From: Candidatus Latescibacterota bacterium
GTDB lineage: Bacteria; Latescibacterota; UBA2968; UBA8231
NCBI GenBank assembly: GCA_965206595.1
Contig: OZ242214.1
Coordinates: 3,904,001-3,968,000 of the forward strand
Direction of reading: 5' to 3'
DNA length: 64,000 nucleotides
The notes under the pieces were generated by a model that was not told where the DNA came from, searched no databases, and saw only the letters and a list, made by a program, of their open reading frames with translations. This document shows, piece by piece, positions 21,372-30,625 of this stretch. The position numbers and the translations under genes are program-made. How positions within the stretch are numbered: position 1 is the first letter of the stretch; each line of letters starts with the position of its first letter.

Positions 21372-22772
21372 TCAGCCGGCTCTGATGGAGGCCTTGACCG
21401 CGCGCAGCTGCTCCAGAGTCGCCTCGGACACGCTGCCGTCCTGATAGATCCCCACGTTCATGGACACCGGGATGCGTCGCTCGACCGCCTTCTTCAGGTG
21501 GTCGATCAATGCGGGGGTGTCGTAGAGCGGCCGGGGAATCTCGGTGTCGGGTTCTTCGTGAGTCCATTCATCGTCGAGGAAGAACCAGACGTGGGGCTGC
21601 AGTTCACCGTAGTGCTCGGGGGCGGGAAGGGCCAGGAACTCCCCGATCTCTCCCGCCCAGAAATCCTGGAAATCGCTCGGCTTGCGATTGATCCAGCTGT
21701 TCCAGGCGATGATGCGGCCGGAATGGCCGGTCCTGGCTGCCGCGTACAGCGGCTCGAAACGGTGCGAGACGTTGAAGGGACAGAAGTCGAACCAGAAGCC
21801 GGCGATCCCACGGCCGTAGCGCTGCCCGATCTCGGCGAGGATGTCGCAGAAATTGCGGTGGTACCGCTCCCTGTCCCCGGTCCATCCCGACGCCTGCCCC
21901 CACGGGATCTCGTCCGTATCATCCGTGCTTCTGCCGCCGGGATAGTAGAGGATCAGCGGCAGCCCGCGCCGGCACAGCGCCCGGGACAGATCGCCGATGA
22001 GATCGCGTTCGCAGGTGTTTCCGGGGAGGAGCCGCTCTATCGCCTGGATCGGCGCCGGGAAATAGTGCGGTGCGTGAGTCGACGTGAAGATGACGTAGCC
22101 CGCGCCGGTCTCTTCCGCCATCCCGGCGAAGCTCTCGACGTCGAAATCGCTGACAGCCTGGGAGAACGGTTTGCGTGCGCCGCGTCGCGGTTGAGTGAGG
22201 GGAGTCCAGTGAAAGGTCGCTCCGTAGCGGGCTTCGACGAACCAGTCGGTGCCGGCACGCAAGCGCCGGGCCCGCTCCGCTGCCGCGGTCAGACGACCGA
22301 GGGCGCTCACCGGAGTCAGCTCGAGCGTGTACAGGCGGAGGATCTCCGACCCGGACTCCTCCTTCGCGCGCAACTCGATCGAGTCGACGCCCGCGTCCAG
22401 TTGCAGCCGGCCTGCGAAGTCGACCTTGCCGAAGCTGCTCCATTCATCCCCCCACTCCGGTATCCAGCCCCGTGTGGGGGCGACCGCCAGAGGGATGCTT
22501 CTCTCTCCCGCGATTACTTCAACTTCGATGCTGCCGGGCTCGCCGGCGCGGGAGCAGGTCATCGACACGAGGTAATCCTGCGCCTCGGCGACCTCGATCT
22601 TCCAGCTGTGGTAGTCGGCCACTCTCTCCCAGCCCTCTGTCCACAGGTGCGGCCGCTCGCCCTGAGTTTCGTCTTCCTCCGATGTCGGTTTGAGATTCCC
22701 GTGAAGTTCCGCTTCGACCGCCCACAGAACAGTTACATCCGTCGAGCTCACCGCAGTTGTTTTCCCATCCAT
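21372..22772 (-). CDS. Alpha-L-fucosidase-like (GH29) protein with N-terminal beta-sandwich; start uncertain (22772 or 22826)
   Basis: DWFVEARYGATFHW, FD...A....GAGYVIFTSTH, RDLIGDL..A, YG..IAGFWFD motifs. Confidence 0.75.
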   Translation of the reverse strand: MDGKTTAVSSTDVTVLWAVEAELHGNLKPTSEEDETQGERPHLWTEGWERVADYHSWKIEVAEAQDYLVSMTCSRAGEPGSIEVEVIAGERSIPLAVAPTRGWIPEWGDEWSSFGKVDFAGRLQLDAGVDSIELRAKEESGSEILRLYTLELTPVSALGRLTAAAERARRLRAGTDWFVEARYGATFHWTPLTQPRRGARKPFSQAVSDFDVESFAGMAEETGAGYVIFTSTHAPHYFPAPIQAIERLLPGNTCERDLIGDLSRALCRRGLPLILYYPGGRSTDDTDEIPWGQASGWTGDRERYHRNFCDILAEIGQRYGRGIAGFWFDFCPFNVSHRFEPLYAAARTGHSGRIIAWNSWINRKPSDFQDFWAGEIGEFLALPAPEHYGELQPHVWFFLDDEWTHEEPDTEIPRPLYDTPALIDHLKKAVERRIPVSMNVGIYQDGSVSEATLEQLRAVKASIRAG

Positions 22773-22854
22773 CGATCGATTCCCCCGGCTCTGTTTCGCC
22801 TTTCCCTGGTTTTTCGCTCCAACCAATGCCCGACACAGGTTTCGACTACCCTTG

Positions 22855-22944
22855 GGCCGCCGCCAGGGCCAGCGGGAGCAGCAAGGAGCGGAGCTTCACT
22901 TCACATCTTCTTTCTTTCGCGGGAGATGGCATCGCGTGGCTTTC
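22855..22944. repeat. ~90-bp diverged direct repeat, copy 1 (copy 2 at 30097..30186)
   Basis: gcagcaaggagcggagcttcacttcaca..ctttcgc..gcatcgcgtggctttc versus acagtaaggagcggagctttacttcaca..ctttcgc..gcatcgcggggctttc. Confidence 0.8.
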
Positions 22945-22979
22945 TTTTGGGAATATAGATCCACGTTTGACGCAAGGCG

Positions 22980-23390
22980 TCACTCGGCGACGCACCGCCC
23001 ATCCCTGTGCGCCAACACCGGCACGTCGGCCAATAAGCAGTCCGAAGCATACTGATAGCGCTCGTTCATCCCGGCTTCAAAGGCGTTGTACGCTGTCAGC
23101 CGCTCGGCCAGTGCCATCGAATCGGTTGATGAAGTTGAGTAAATCACGTACTCCCAAGGACCGCCGCAGGGCTTGGCACCCAAGCCCGAGTAGCGGCAAT
23201 CCTCAATTGACGCGCCTGTTGCGTCGCCGGCGAGCGCGTCGATTTCCCGTCGCATCTCCGCCAGCTGGGCGCGGTCGCCTTCCTCGGTCCGCTGTTCGCC
23301 ATTACTGTTTCCTGCGACAGGATCCGAGTCGTCACAAGCAACGGAAACGGCGATCAGTGCCGCCGCACCTACCGATAAGTAGTATCGCAT
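22980..23390 (-). CDS. Small Cys-containing lipoprotein of unknown function
   Basis: MRYYLSVGAAALIAVSVAC lipobox; DC..GLGAKPCGGPWEYVIYS and SDC..C pattern. Confidence 0.75.
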   Translation of the reverse strand: MRYYLSVGAAALIAVSVACDDSDPVAGNSNGEQRTEEGDRAQLAEMRREIDALAGDATGASIEDCRYSGLGAKPCGGPWEYVIYSTSSTDSMALAERLTAYNAFEAGMNERYQYASDCLLADVPVLAHRDGRCVAE

Positions 23391-23430
23391 GGTCTTCCCC
23401 CCTGTTACCAAGAAAAAAGGAGCCTGAAGA

Positions 23431-23707
23431 ATGAGACGAAACGAGCGCTTCATCCATTCCTGGCTGCGTCGCCGGGCGATCGCTCTGCTTGTTGTCGTCC
23501 TGCCTCTTTTGGGGTGCGGACGGGGCAGCGGCACAGGCCGGCCGGCTGATTTACCGCTCTATCCCGGAGAAGGGCGACACGACTCACCTTGTTGTACCAG
23601 GCGGGCGATTCAAGGCCAACCGTTTGCACCGGTGGATCTACGGCAGCCCGTTCCACGAAGCCGCCGCGGTCGGCGGCTCCGGCAACCTGCGGGGCTTCCG
23701 CAAGGAT
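23431..23707 (+). pseudogene. Collapsed paralog of the 23825..26536 Omp85-type gene
   Basis: RBS aaaggag, signal peptide, frameshift, then IYRSIPEKGDTTHLVVPGGRF..RWIYGS joined directly to PFHEAAAVGGSGNLRGFRKD; these match the N-terminus and late barrel of the neighbour. Confidence 0.75.
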
Positions 23708-23824
23708 ATTGTCGAGTCGACGCTTCAGGGTGCGGAGGTGGGTAGGGGACCCACCGACAGAGCGCAACGCAACGAGGCGGGATGCATCGGCGAACGAATT
23801 CACGCGAGACTGCGCGCGCAGGCA

Positions 23825-26536
23825 CTAGAACAGGAAACCGGCGCGCACGTACAGTCCCGTCATTTCAGCGCCATCCATGACCGCAACGCTCACGGACCGC
23901 CGGCGGTGGAGGAACGACAGCCAGAATCCACCCCCGGCGCCGGTGTGCCATTTGCCGGCGTCGGCCGGATCCCCCGCGAAGAATACCCGGCCGGTGTCAG
24001 CGCCAAGAAACACGCCGAACTCTCCCGGCATCAAGAGCTGCAAGGAGGCAACCGCCAAACGCAGTTCGGCATTTGCATACACCGAGGCGTCTCCCGCAAA
24101 CCGGTCCTTGCGAACACCGCGGACCTGACCGCCGGAGGTGCCGGCACCGGCAAAGCCGGGCCCGCCGAGGAAGGCGCTCTCGTGGAAGGGGAAGGTCCCC
24201 CACACCTTCTTCCCACCCGCTCTCAGGGCCAGGGTGGGGGTGGTCGGAATACGAGCCGTCAGGTAGGCATGCACCGCTCCCTCTGCGGTGCCGAAGGCCG
24301 ACTTCGCATCCCAGGCGCCGGGGTAGATGGCTCCGGCGCCTCGGACCAGGAGACCGCTCGTGGGGTACGCCGGATTGTTGCGGGTGTCGTACTCGACCCG
24401 TCCCTGCGCTCCTGCCTGGCCGAAGGAACCCATGCCGTACACCGGGTGATCCAGAGAAGCGATGTATTTGTCCTGGTTGGCAGCCAGTGGCGTGTTGGAG
24501 TACTTGACGATGGGCCCCAGACTGATCGCTGTTTCCGAGCGCCGTGGTTCCGTCCCCCCAGCATGCGCCTCTCCATGACGCTGTTCCCTTCTAAGCTCGA
24601 TGGCGGGCGAGAAGACAAAGTACTTCTGTTCCACCTTGTAGAAGTCGGACGAACCCAGAAGCTGCGTGTCGTTGCCGAAGCCGGTGAAACGGACCGTCTC
24701 GAAACCGGAGTACTCGGCGTGAACGGTGGCGTCGAGACCGCGGAGAAGGCGGCGAAAGGTGCCGCTATAGGAGGCAAAGGGCTTGAGACCGCTACTGGCG
24801 AACCCGAGGCTGAAGGAATGCCGTGCAGCGAACGGGTCTCGGCGATAGCCGAAATACTGCCGGCTGTGAGACAGGCTGAGGAACGCACCCAGATCCCGAT
24901 CCACCATCACGATCGGGATGGTTGACGTCAGCATGCCCCAATCCAGCGCGTACCTGGCATTGGGCGTGTGGGTGGCGGGCGGGCGTCGGTAGGGACGCTC
25001 GTCGGTTCGCGCTCCGTTGCCCTCGACGAACCGATTCTTCCCGCGAGAGTCGTAGAACGCCGTTCTGGAAGCGCCAACCCCGGACGCGTTGACGAAGGTG
25101 TCATCCCCGCCGCCACCATCGATGCGAACGGAAATCCGTCCGTCCGTCCCCGATACCTCCACGCTGTCGTCTCCCCCCCGGAGGGCTATGCGGACCTCCC
25201 GCGTTTCTTCGGCGTGGAACGTCCGCTCGAACCAGGGCGCCGTTCTTTCTCCCCCGGGTCCTTCGGCGAGACCTATACGGACGACGAGATTACCGTTCCG
25301 CAGGTGCTCGCAGTGGAGGTACTCGTCCCGGTCGGTCGCCCGGATTTCGGCCTGGCGAGTGATCGACTCGTAGTATCTGTCGGCAAAGTCAGGCAGCGCG
25401 TCGCGACGCGACTTGAGGGTCTTGGCAAGAGCTTCGCCGACGCCCTCGTAGTACGGCGGGGGGAGGCGGCGGACTGCATCTTCGATGACGGGATCCGGCA
25501 GGTCCTCACGAAATTCCGCTACCACCGCATCCCACGCCGTCCGGTCGAGTTCGGCCAGGAACTCGCGATCCAACTCCCAACCGGTCATGGTCAGGCCAAC
25601 CAGATTTGGATAGGTGTCCTCGAAGCGGATCTGGATGGGTATCGCTCGGCGCGCTAACGCCATCGCAAACCCGTCGAAGTCAATGAAGGCCTGGTCGCGA
25701 TCCTCTGGTATCGGGAGCCAGGTATGGCAATCCCCGTCGGGGAACCGCGCCCATCGCCACTGGCCGTGATGGCGGTCCTTGTCGCCGATGAGAAAGTCCA
25801 TGAGGCGCGCCTTGAGAAAGGCTCGGGCATCGACACGGTCGCAGGGGCCGTCTTCCAGGCGGTTCCGCATCTTGTCCGTGCCGCTCACCTTCCGCGAACC
25901 GGCGAAGCCGGGGGTATCGTCCGGGCCTTCGGAAGGATGTTCCTGCAGCAGTCCGATCAAGCCCGCAAAGGAAGCGCGGTACTCTCCGAGCCGGGGATCA
26001 TCCGGAATCACAACCAGCGTGTGCCCGGAATGGAGAATGCCGGTAGCTTCCATCAGGGGATCGGCCACGAGCGCCCCGGTGGGCAGCATCGCGCTGATCA
26101 GGTCCTGAAGGACTTCGCCCACGACCGTTTCCCTGACGATGTCCGGCACCCGCCGGGTGGCGTCCTTGTCCAGCGAACGGACCGTATAGCGGCGGCCATC
26201 CCGCCCGGTGAAGTGGAGGGAGATGGACTGTCCGAAACCGCCGGTGCGAAGCGGCGTCAGGCCGCCTCCCACCCGATCCAGGTCGAGGACCTCAACCTCG
26301 ATCGGCGTAGTCCAGAGGTCGCGGTAGTTGCTGCCGTAGAACCAGCGGTTGGACGGCGAGACCCGGAATCTCTCCCCCGGAATCACGACATGGGTCCTCG
26401 CGCCCGGAGGAGGAATGGACCGGTGGATCATGGACCCGGGAGCCGGTGGGTCTTCCTGGGACGCCGATGCCGCCGGAACGGAAAGAACGAGCACCAACGA
26501 GAGAAACATGGCGCGCCGCTTCGGAGGCGTCATCAT
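23825..26536 (-). CDS. Omp85/BamA-TamA-family outer-membrane protein with N-terminal atypical kinase-like domain
   Basis: Signal peptide; GGFGQSISL, YTVRSLDK, DFLIGDKDRHHGQWRW, PIPEDRDQAF; barrel motifs YDTRNNPAYPTSG, VRGVRKDRFAGD, D.GRVF, C-terminal F. Confidence 0.85.
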   Translation of the reverse strand: MMTPPKRRAMFLSLVLVLSVPAASASQEDPPAPGSMIHRSIPPPGARTHVVIPGERFRVSPSNRWFYGSNYRDLWTTPIEVEVLDLDRVGGGLTPLRTGGFGQSISLHFTGRDGRRYTVRSLDKDATRRVPDIVRETVVGEVLQDLISAMLPTGALVADPLMEATGILHSGHTLVVIPDDPRLGEYRASFAGLIGLLQEHPSEGPDDTPGFAGSRKVSGTDKMRNRLEDGPCDRVDARAFLKARLMDFLIGDKDRHHGQWRWARFPDGDCHTWLPIPEDRDQAFIDFDGFAMALARRAIPIQIRFEDTYPNLVGLTMTGWELDREFLAELDRTAWDAVVAEFREDLPDPVIEDAVRRLPPPYYEGVGEALAKTLKSRRDALPDFADRYYESITRQAEIRATDRDEYLHCEHLRNGNLVVRIGLAEGPGGERTAPWFERTFHAEETREVRIALRGGDDSVEVSGTDGRISVRIDGGGGDDTFVNASGVGASRTAFYDSRGKNRFVEGNGARTDERPYRRPPATHTPNARYALDWGMLTSTIPIVMVDRDLGAFLSLSHSRQYFGYRRDPFAARHSFSLGFASSGLKPFASYSGTFRRLLRGLDATVHAEYSGFETVRFTGFGNDTQLLGSSDFYKVEQKYFVFSPAIELRREQRHGEAHAGGTEPRRSETAISLGPIVKYSNTPLAANQDKYIASLDHPVYGMGSFGQAGAQGRVEYDTRNNPAYPTSGLLVRGAGAIYPGAWDAKSAFGTAEGAVHAYLTARIPTTPTLALRAGGKKVWGTFPFHESAFLGGPGFAGAGTSGGQVRGVRKDRFAGDASVYANAELRLAVASLQLLMPGEFGVFLGADTGRVFFAGDPADAGKWHTGAGGGFWLSFLHRRRSVSVAVMDGAEMTGLYVRAGFLF

Positions 26537-26617
26537 GGACTCCTTCGCTTTCGGGGTTGTCAACTGTACATCCTGCCCATCCAATGCGCCGGCAGATTGT
26601 CGCTCTTTTGCGCGCCG

Positions 26618-27646
26618 CTAGCGGCCCTTGGCAACGGGGTAGAAGCTCAGGCGCGCGCGCTTCCCCGCCCCTTCGTCGGCTATGACCAAGGTATTGTCGG
26701 AAGCAAAGGCAATGCCCTCGGCCTGCGGATGCCGGCGGGCGGCCAGTTCCGCTACGGCGAGGACCTGTCCCTGTGGGGTAATCTCGGCAACGGCGCCCTG
26801 GCGGGCAGCCACGACATAGTAGTTTCCCGATACCGGGTGCCGCTCGATGCCCGAAGGTTGGAACCGTTTGCTGCCGATGCGGCGCGCCAGCGCGGAGGCC
26901 TCCAGGAGGATACGGCCGACCTCGACGAGCTGTTTGGTATCGACGGACCAGCGATATATCGCTATCAGGCCCGCCTGCCCGGGGTTCCTGGGGTTTTTGC
27001 TGACGAGCAACAGCACTCGTTGGTCCGGGTCGTAGGCGAGTCCCTCTATTTCGTAATCTCGTCCAATGCCGGTTGCATACAGATTGTAGAGAACGGTTGC
27101 CCCGTCGGCGCCTTCGCCAAACTCGTACAACCGTCCTGAACTCGAGACAAGGTATAGGTGACCTTCAGCCGCGGCGATGCCTTCGAAGTCGTCGGCGACC
27201 GGATCGCGCCCGGCGCCGAGTGCGAACGCCTTTACAATCGAACCATCGCGATAACCGATCTCCACTACCACGCCCCTTTCGTCATCGTGCGCGAGGAGTC
27301 GGTTCCCGGCGAGCATGGCCAAGCCGGAAACCTCCCGCAACCGCTTCGGCAGCTTGAAATGCCGCGCCGGTTTTTCGAGGTCGTAACTCGCGAGGGTGAG
27401 ATGGTCCCCGCGCACCGTGCCTGAAGCGGATGTGGATGGCAAACTTTCCGCGGCGTTGGCCGCGGCGTCCACGCCGGAAGCGATCGCGGCGTCTTCCTTC
27501 GCATGTGCGCCGCCTGATGTGCCGTGATGCTGCACGTCCACGTCGGAATCGATCGCGGCGTCATGCCGAACGAGCAATGCCACCACAAAAAACAAAACAC
27601 TGAAGATAAAAAACCCTGTCAGGAAGTTGTTACCCGGACTGCTCAC
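26618..27646 (-). CDS. SdiA-regulated (YjiK-like) beta-propeller with N-terminal membrane anchor
   Basis: LREVSGLA, AHDDERG, DDFEGIA, EIEGLAYD, FQPSGIERHP, PQAEGIAF..IADEG; GTG start inferred by homology with the 28961 start. Confidence 0.82.
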   Translation of the reverse strand: MSSPGNNFLTGFFIFSVLFFVVALLVRHDAAIDSDVDVQHHGTSGGAHAKEDAAIASGVDAAANAAESLPSTSASGTVRGDHLTLASYDLEKPARHFKLPKRLREVSGLAMLAGNRLLAHDDERGVVVEIGYRDGSIVKAFALGAGRDPVADDFEGIAAAEGHLYLVSSSGRLYEFGEGADGATVLYNLYATGIGRDYEIEGLAYDPDQRVLLLVSKNPRNPGQAGLIAIYRWSVDTKQLVEVGRILLEASALARRIGSKRFQPSGIERHPVSGNYYVVAARQGAVAEITPQGQVLAVAELAARRHPQAEGIAFASDNTLVIADEGAGKRARLSFYPVAKGR

Positions 27647-27761
27647 AATCCATACCCCCTCAAGGTTGGAAGACCCCTGGAAACAACACCCAAAGGCCCC
27701 CGAACAAAAGCAATGTGGCAAGATAGTGAACCACGAGACGGACGATTATGTTGTCGCGCAT
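27630..27761 (-). pseudogene. Collapsed copy of the DUF4956 gene (first 33 codons joined to last codons)
   Basis: MRDNIIVRLVVHYLATLLLFGGLWVLFPGVFQP* versus MLDNIIVRLVVHYLATFLFFGGLWELLPGIFQE, then MDCEQSG* versus MDHGQPG*. Confidence 0.85.
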
Positions 27762-27860
27762 ATTGCTTCTTTAATCAACTAAGTTCGCTGCGGGCAAAGA
27801 GAACCGGGCCGAGATCCTTCTACGGGATCGCGTCACACGAGCGCAGTGGACCCGCTCCCG

Positions 27861-28961
27861 CTACCACGTGAAGGTGAAGATTCTGACCGCGTGCCGGCGC
27901 CGCTCGGGTTTGCTGACCGGGGCCTTGTACTGCTCGGGCACGTTTGACCAGCCTTCGTAGATGACCCCGTCGAAGTAGAAGCGCTGCGTCGTGCCGGGCT
28001 TCGTGGTCGGGCTGCCCGTCGCCGAGAGCACGTAGGAACGCTCCGGCGGGCGCGGGCCGGTTTGATCGACGCGAGGCACGTACTCGCTGCTACCGTCGCC
28101 GTCGACGTCCGCTTGAATCCAGTCGAGGTGGAACAGGCGATGGTAGGTGCGGTCGGCGATCATGCCGCGCAGCCCGGCATTGAACCGCGAGATGATCGAC
28201 TCGGCGTCCGGAAGCGAGCGGCGGACGGCGAGGTGAAGCGAGCGTGTGAGCAGAGGCGTCGAGCCGAACGCCAGCCGCGTTCGAGCTTCTTCTCCGTAGT
28301 TGGTGATGATGTACTGGACGACCACGTCGTCCATCAGCGTGTAGTCCACCTCGCCGTTGAGGAGTTTTGCGACGCTGTCCTCTTCGCCGGTCGAGCCAAC
28401 GATGATCAGCCCGTCCGTCGTCTCGACTGCCTCGCCATACACGTACCCGGCGACCAGGGCGATCCGCTTGCCGGCGAGGTCGGCCAGCGAGGTCGCCGAC
28501 ACGTCGCTGCCCTGCCGCCCGACGAGGATCAACCGGTTCCAGAGATACGGCTGCGAGTAAATCAGCACCGGTTCGCGCTCCGCGTACTTCCACACGGCCG
28601 CGCTTCCGTCGAACTCGCCGCTCAGCAGTGAGGAAGTAAACCTGGCCTCGTCCACGATGACAGTTTCGGCGCTGATCCCCGCGCGTCGGAGAGCCTCGCC
28701 GACCAGATCGAGGGCGAACCGAGGCTCTCCTGGCGCGTTGGTGAACGGCGACCACACAGTCGACACGAGCCGCAACTGCCGACTCGCCAGGGTGAGACGG
28801 TCCCCGCGCGCGGTGCCTGAAGCGGATGTAGATGCCAGACTGTCCGCGGCGTCCACGTCGGAATCGACCGCGGCGTCTTTCCGCACGAGCGTTGCCACCG
28901 CAAAAAACAAACCGCTGAAGACCAGAAACCCTATCAGGAGTTTGTTACCCTGGCTGCCCAT
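27861..28961 (-). CDS. Transporter substrate-binding-domain protein (SBP family 3-like) with N-terminal membrane anchor
   Basis: WSPF..FALDLV.EAL, YSQPYL.NRL, DLAGKRIALVAGYVYG, KLLNGEVDY.LMD, FNAGL..M.ADRTY; a DVDGDG motif follows. Confidence 0.82.
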   Translation of the reverse strand: MGSQGNKLLIGFLVFSGLFFAVATLVRKDAAVDSDVDAADSLASTSASGTARGDRLTLASRQLRLVSTVWSPFTNAPGEPRFALDLVGEALRRAGISAETVIVDEARFTSSLLSGEFDGSAAVWKYAEREPVLIYSQPYLWNRLILVGRQGSDVSATSLADLAGKRIALVAGYVYGEAVETTDGLIIVGSTGEEDSVAKLLNGEVDYTLMDDVVVQYIITNYGEEARTRLAFGSTPLLTRSLHLAVRRSLPDAESIISRFNAGLRGMIADRTYHRLFHLDWIQADVDGDGSSEYVPRVDQTGPRPPERSYVLSATGSPTTKPGTTQRFYFDGVIYEGWSNVPEQYKAPVSKPERRRHAVRIFTFTW

Positions 28962-29925
28962 GATCCATAATCCTTTCCAACTCCACTTTGTCGGTATGTC
29001 CCCCGGCGCTTTTTTCAAGCGCTGCGGTGAAGGCGGCCGGATCCGTTTTTTTCTTCAGCCGAACGTCAAACTCGACAATCGCAGCGCCCTCTTCATGTTT
29101 TACAATCCCAATCTGCTCCCAGCGCGTGGCATAGGTCGGCAGGAGCGCAACAGCGGCCTCCTGCGCCCCCTTGATCTGCGTCGTGTGTAGCCTGAGCCTG
29201 GCATTGTACGGTTTGGGGTCTTTACCCGCCTTTGCCCCGCTCGCACCTCGTCCTCGTGGCGGAGCCTGCACTTGACGGCGGTCTTTACCCGCCTGGGCAA
29301 AGCTCACACCGGTCGACCCCTCCTTGGCCGAACGCACCAACCTGAACCCGGACATGACCGCAGGCTCTGCTCCCCAGTTCATGCGCCAGACGCCGAGTGC
29401 AACGGTATTGAAAGCCACCGATGCCAGGATCGCCACTGAACCGTACTGGATACCGGCCGCCAACCCGATGCCAATGACGATGAACATGTAGGTGGCATCC
29501 ATGGGTTCGTTCAACGACGTGCGAAAGCGAACCGCAGCGACAATGCCCGCGAGACTGAAGGCGAGGGCGACACTGTCCTTGACGAGAAACACGACGAGGG
29601 CAATCGCAATGGGCACGACGAGGAGGGTCTGGGCAAAGGCCTGGCTGTATTTCTTGCGGGGCCGGGTCCAGCGATACACCCAGGTCACGGGCAGGGCGAA
29701 GAGAAACGAAAACAGCAGGGACGTCGACACTGGCACAAACATCTGGGTCAGTCCCGCATCAGGCTCGGGTTGCTCGAACTGCCGGGATGACAAAGGGTCG
29801 GATCCAATTCTCTCTGCCATGTCTTGTTCCTGGAAGATCCCTGGAAGCAACTCCCAAAGACCTCCGAAAAAAAGGAATGTGGCAAGATAGTGAACCACGA
29901 GACGGACGATTATGTTGTCGAGCAT
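28945..29925 (-). CDS. DUF4956 domain membrane protein
   Basis: YSQAFAQTL, VKDSVALAFSLAGIVAAVRFRTSLNEPMDATYMFIVIGIGLAAG. Confidence 0.85.
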   Translation of the reverse strand: MLDNIIVRLVVHYLATFLFFGGLWELLPGIFQEQDMAERIGSDPLSSRQFEQPEPDAGLTQMFVPVSTSLLFSFLFALPVTWVYRWTRPRKKYSQAFAQTLLVVPIAIALVVFLVKDSVALAFSLAGIVAAVRFRTSLNEPMDATYMFIVIGIGLAAGIQYGSVAILASVAFNTVALGVWRMNWGAEPAVMSGFRLVRSAKEGSTGVSFAQAGKDRRQVQAPPRGRGASGAKAGKDPKPYNARLRLHTTQIKGAQEAAVALLPTYATRWEQIGIVKHEEGAAIVEFDVRLKKKTDPAAFTAALEKSAGGHTDKVELERIMDHGQPG

Positions 29926-30096
29926 ATCAGCCCCTTTCATCACATGTTATGTTTCACTTTCAATGTTGACAAAGAGAATCTTGCTGAGTACCGGAACGGA
30001 CAGAATGGTGAATCACGGTGGGTGAAGCAAGCCCACCACGATGGCCACGCCAATAGAGGGGCCAAGCCCCTGCGTTCACTCTGCGCGGCCTGCGGC

Positions 30097-30186
30097 GGCG
30101 GCCGCCAAAGCCAGTGAGAACAGTAAGGAGCGGAGCTTTACTTCACACTTTCTCCTTTCGCATAACCCCCGCATCGCGGGGCTTTC
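30097..30186. repeat. ~90-bp diverged direct repeat, copy 2 (copy 1 at 22855..22944)
   Basis: Same text as copy 1; on the minus strand it reads aaaggag then VKLRSLLFSLALAAAAAG. Confidence 0.8.
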
Positions 30187-30316
30187 GAAACCTGCGCGCC
30201 GAACCGCTCATACCGCCGCGCCAGCCGCCCCGGGTCAGGCTCCCACTCGTGTCGGTCGCCGCAGCTGGCCGGCTCACCTTGGCTCGATCTTTCCGTTGTA
30301 GATTGAAAACGGCAGG

Positions 30317-30625
30317 TCAGTCTCTGACGCCAAAGAGGATCTTGTACAGCACCGGCACGAACAACAAGGTGATCACCGTGGCAAAGAGCAGGCCCACCAT
30401 GATGGCCACGGCCATCGGCTCCCACATCAGGCCGCCGCCGAAGTAGAGGGGAACGAGCCCCAGGGTGGTGGTGCAGGTGGTCAACAGGATGGGGCGGAAA
30501 CGCTGTTGAGCCGCAGCGACAATCGCATCGACGCATGCCCGTCCCGACCGTTCCTGTTCGATTTGTATGCGGTCCAGGAGAACGATGGCGTTGTTGATGA
30601 CGATGCCCGCCAGGGAGATCAATCC
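30317..30625 (-). pseudogene. C-terminal ~100 aa of an RND (AcrB-family) efflux permease
   Basis: GLISLAGIVINNAIVLLD, RFRPILLTT.TT.LGLVPL, PMAVAIMVGLLFATVITLLFVPVLY. Confidence 0.9.

Noticed and set aside
23708-24925. Remainder of the 478-aa ORF 23489..24925 on +
   Set aside because: Beyond ~23707 it is mostly the antisense shadow of the Omp85 gene.
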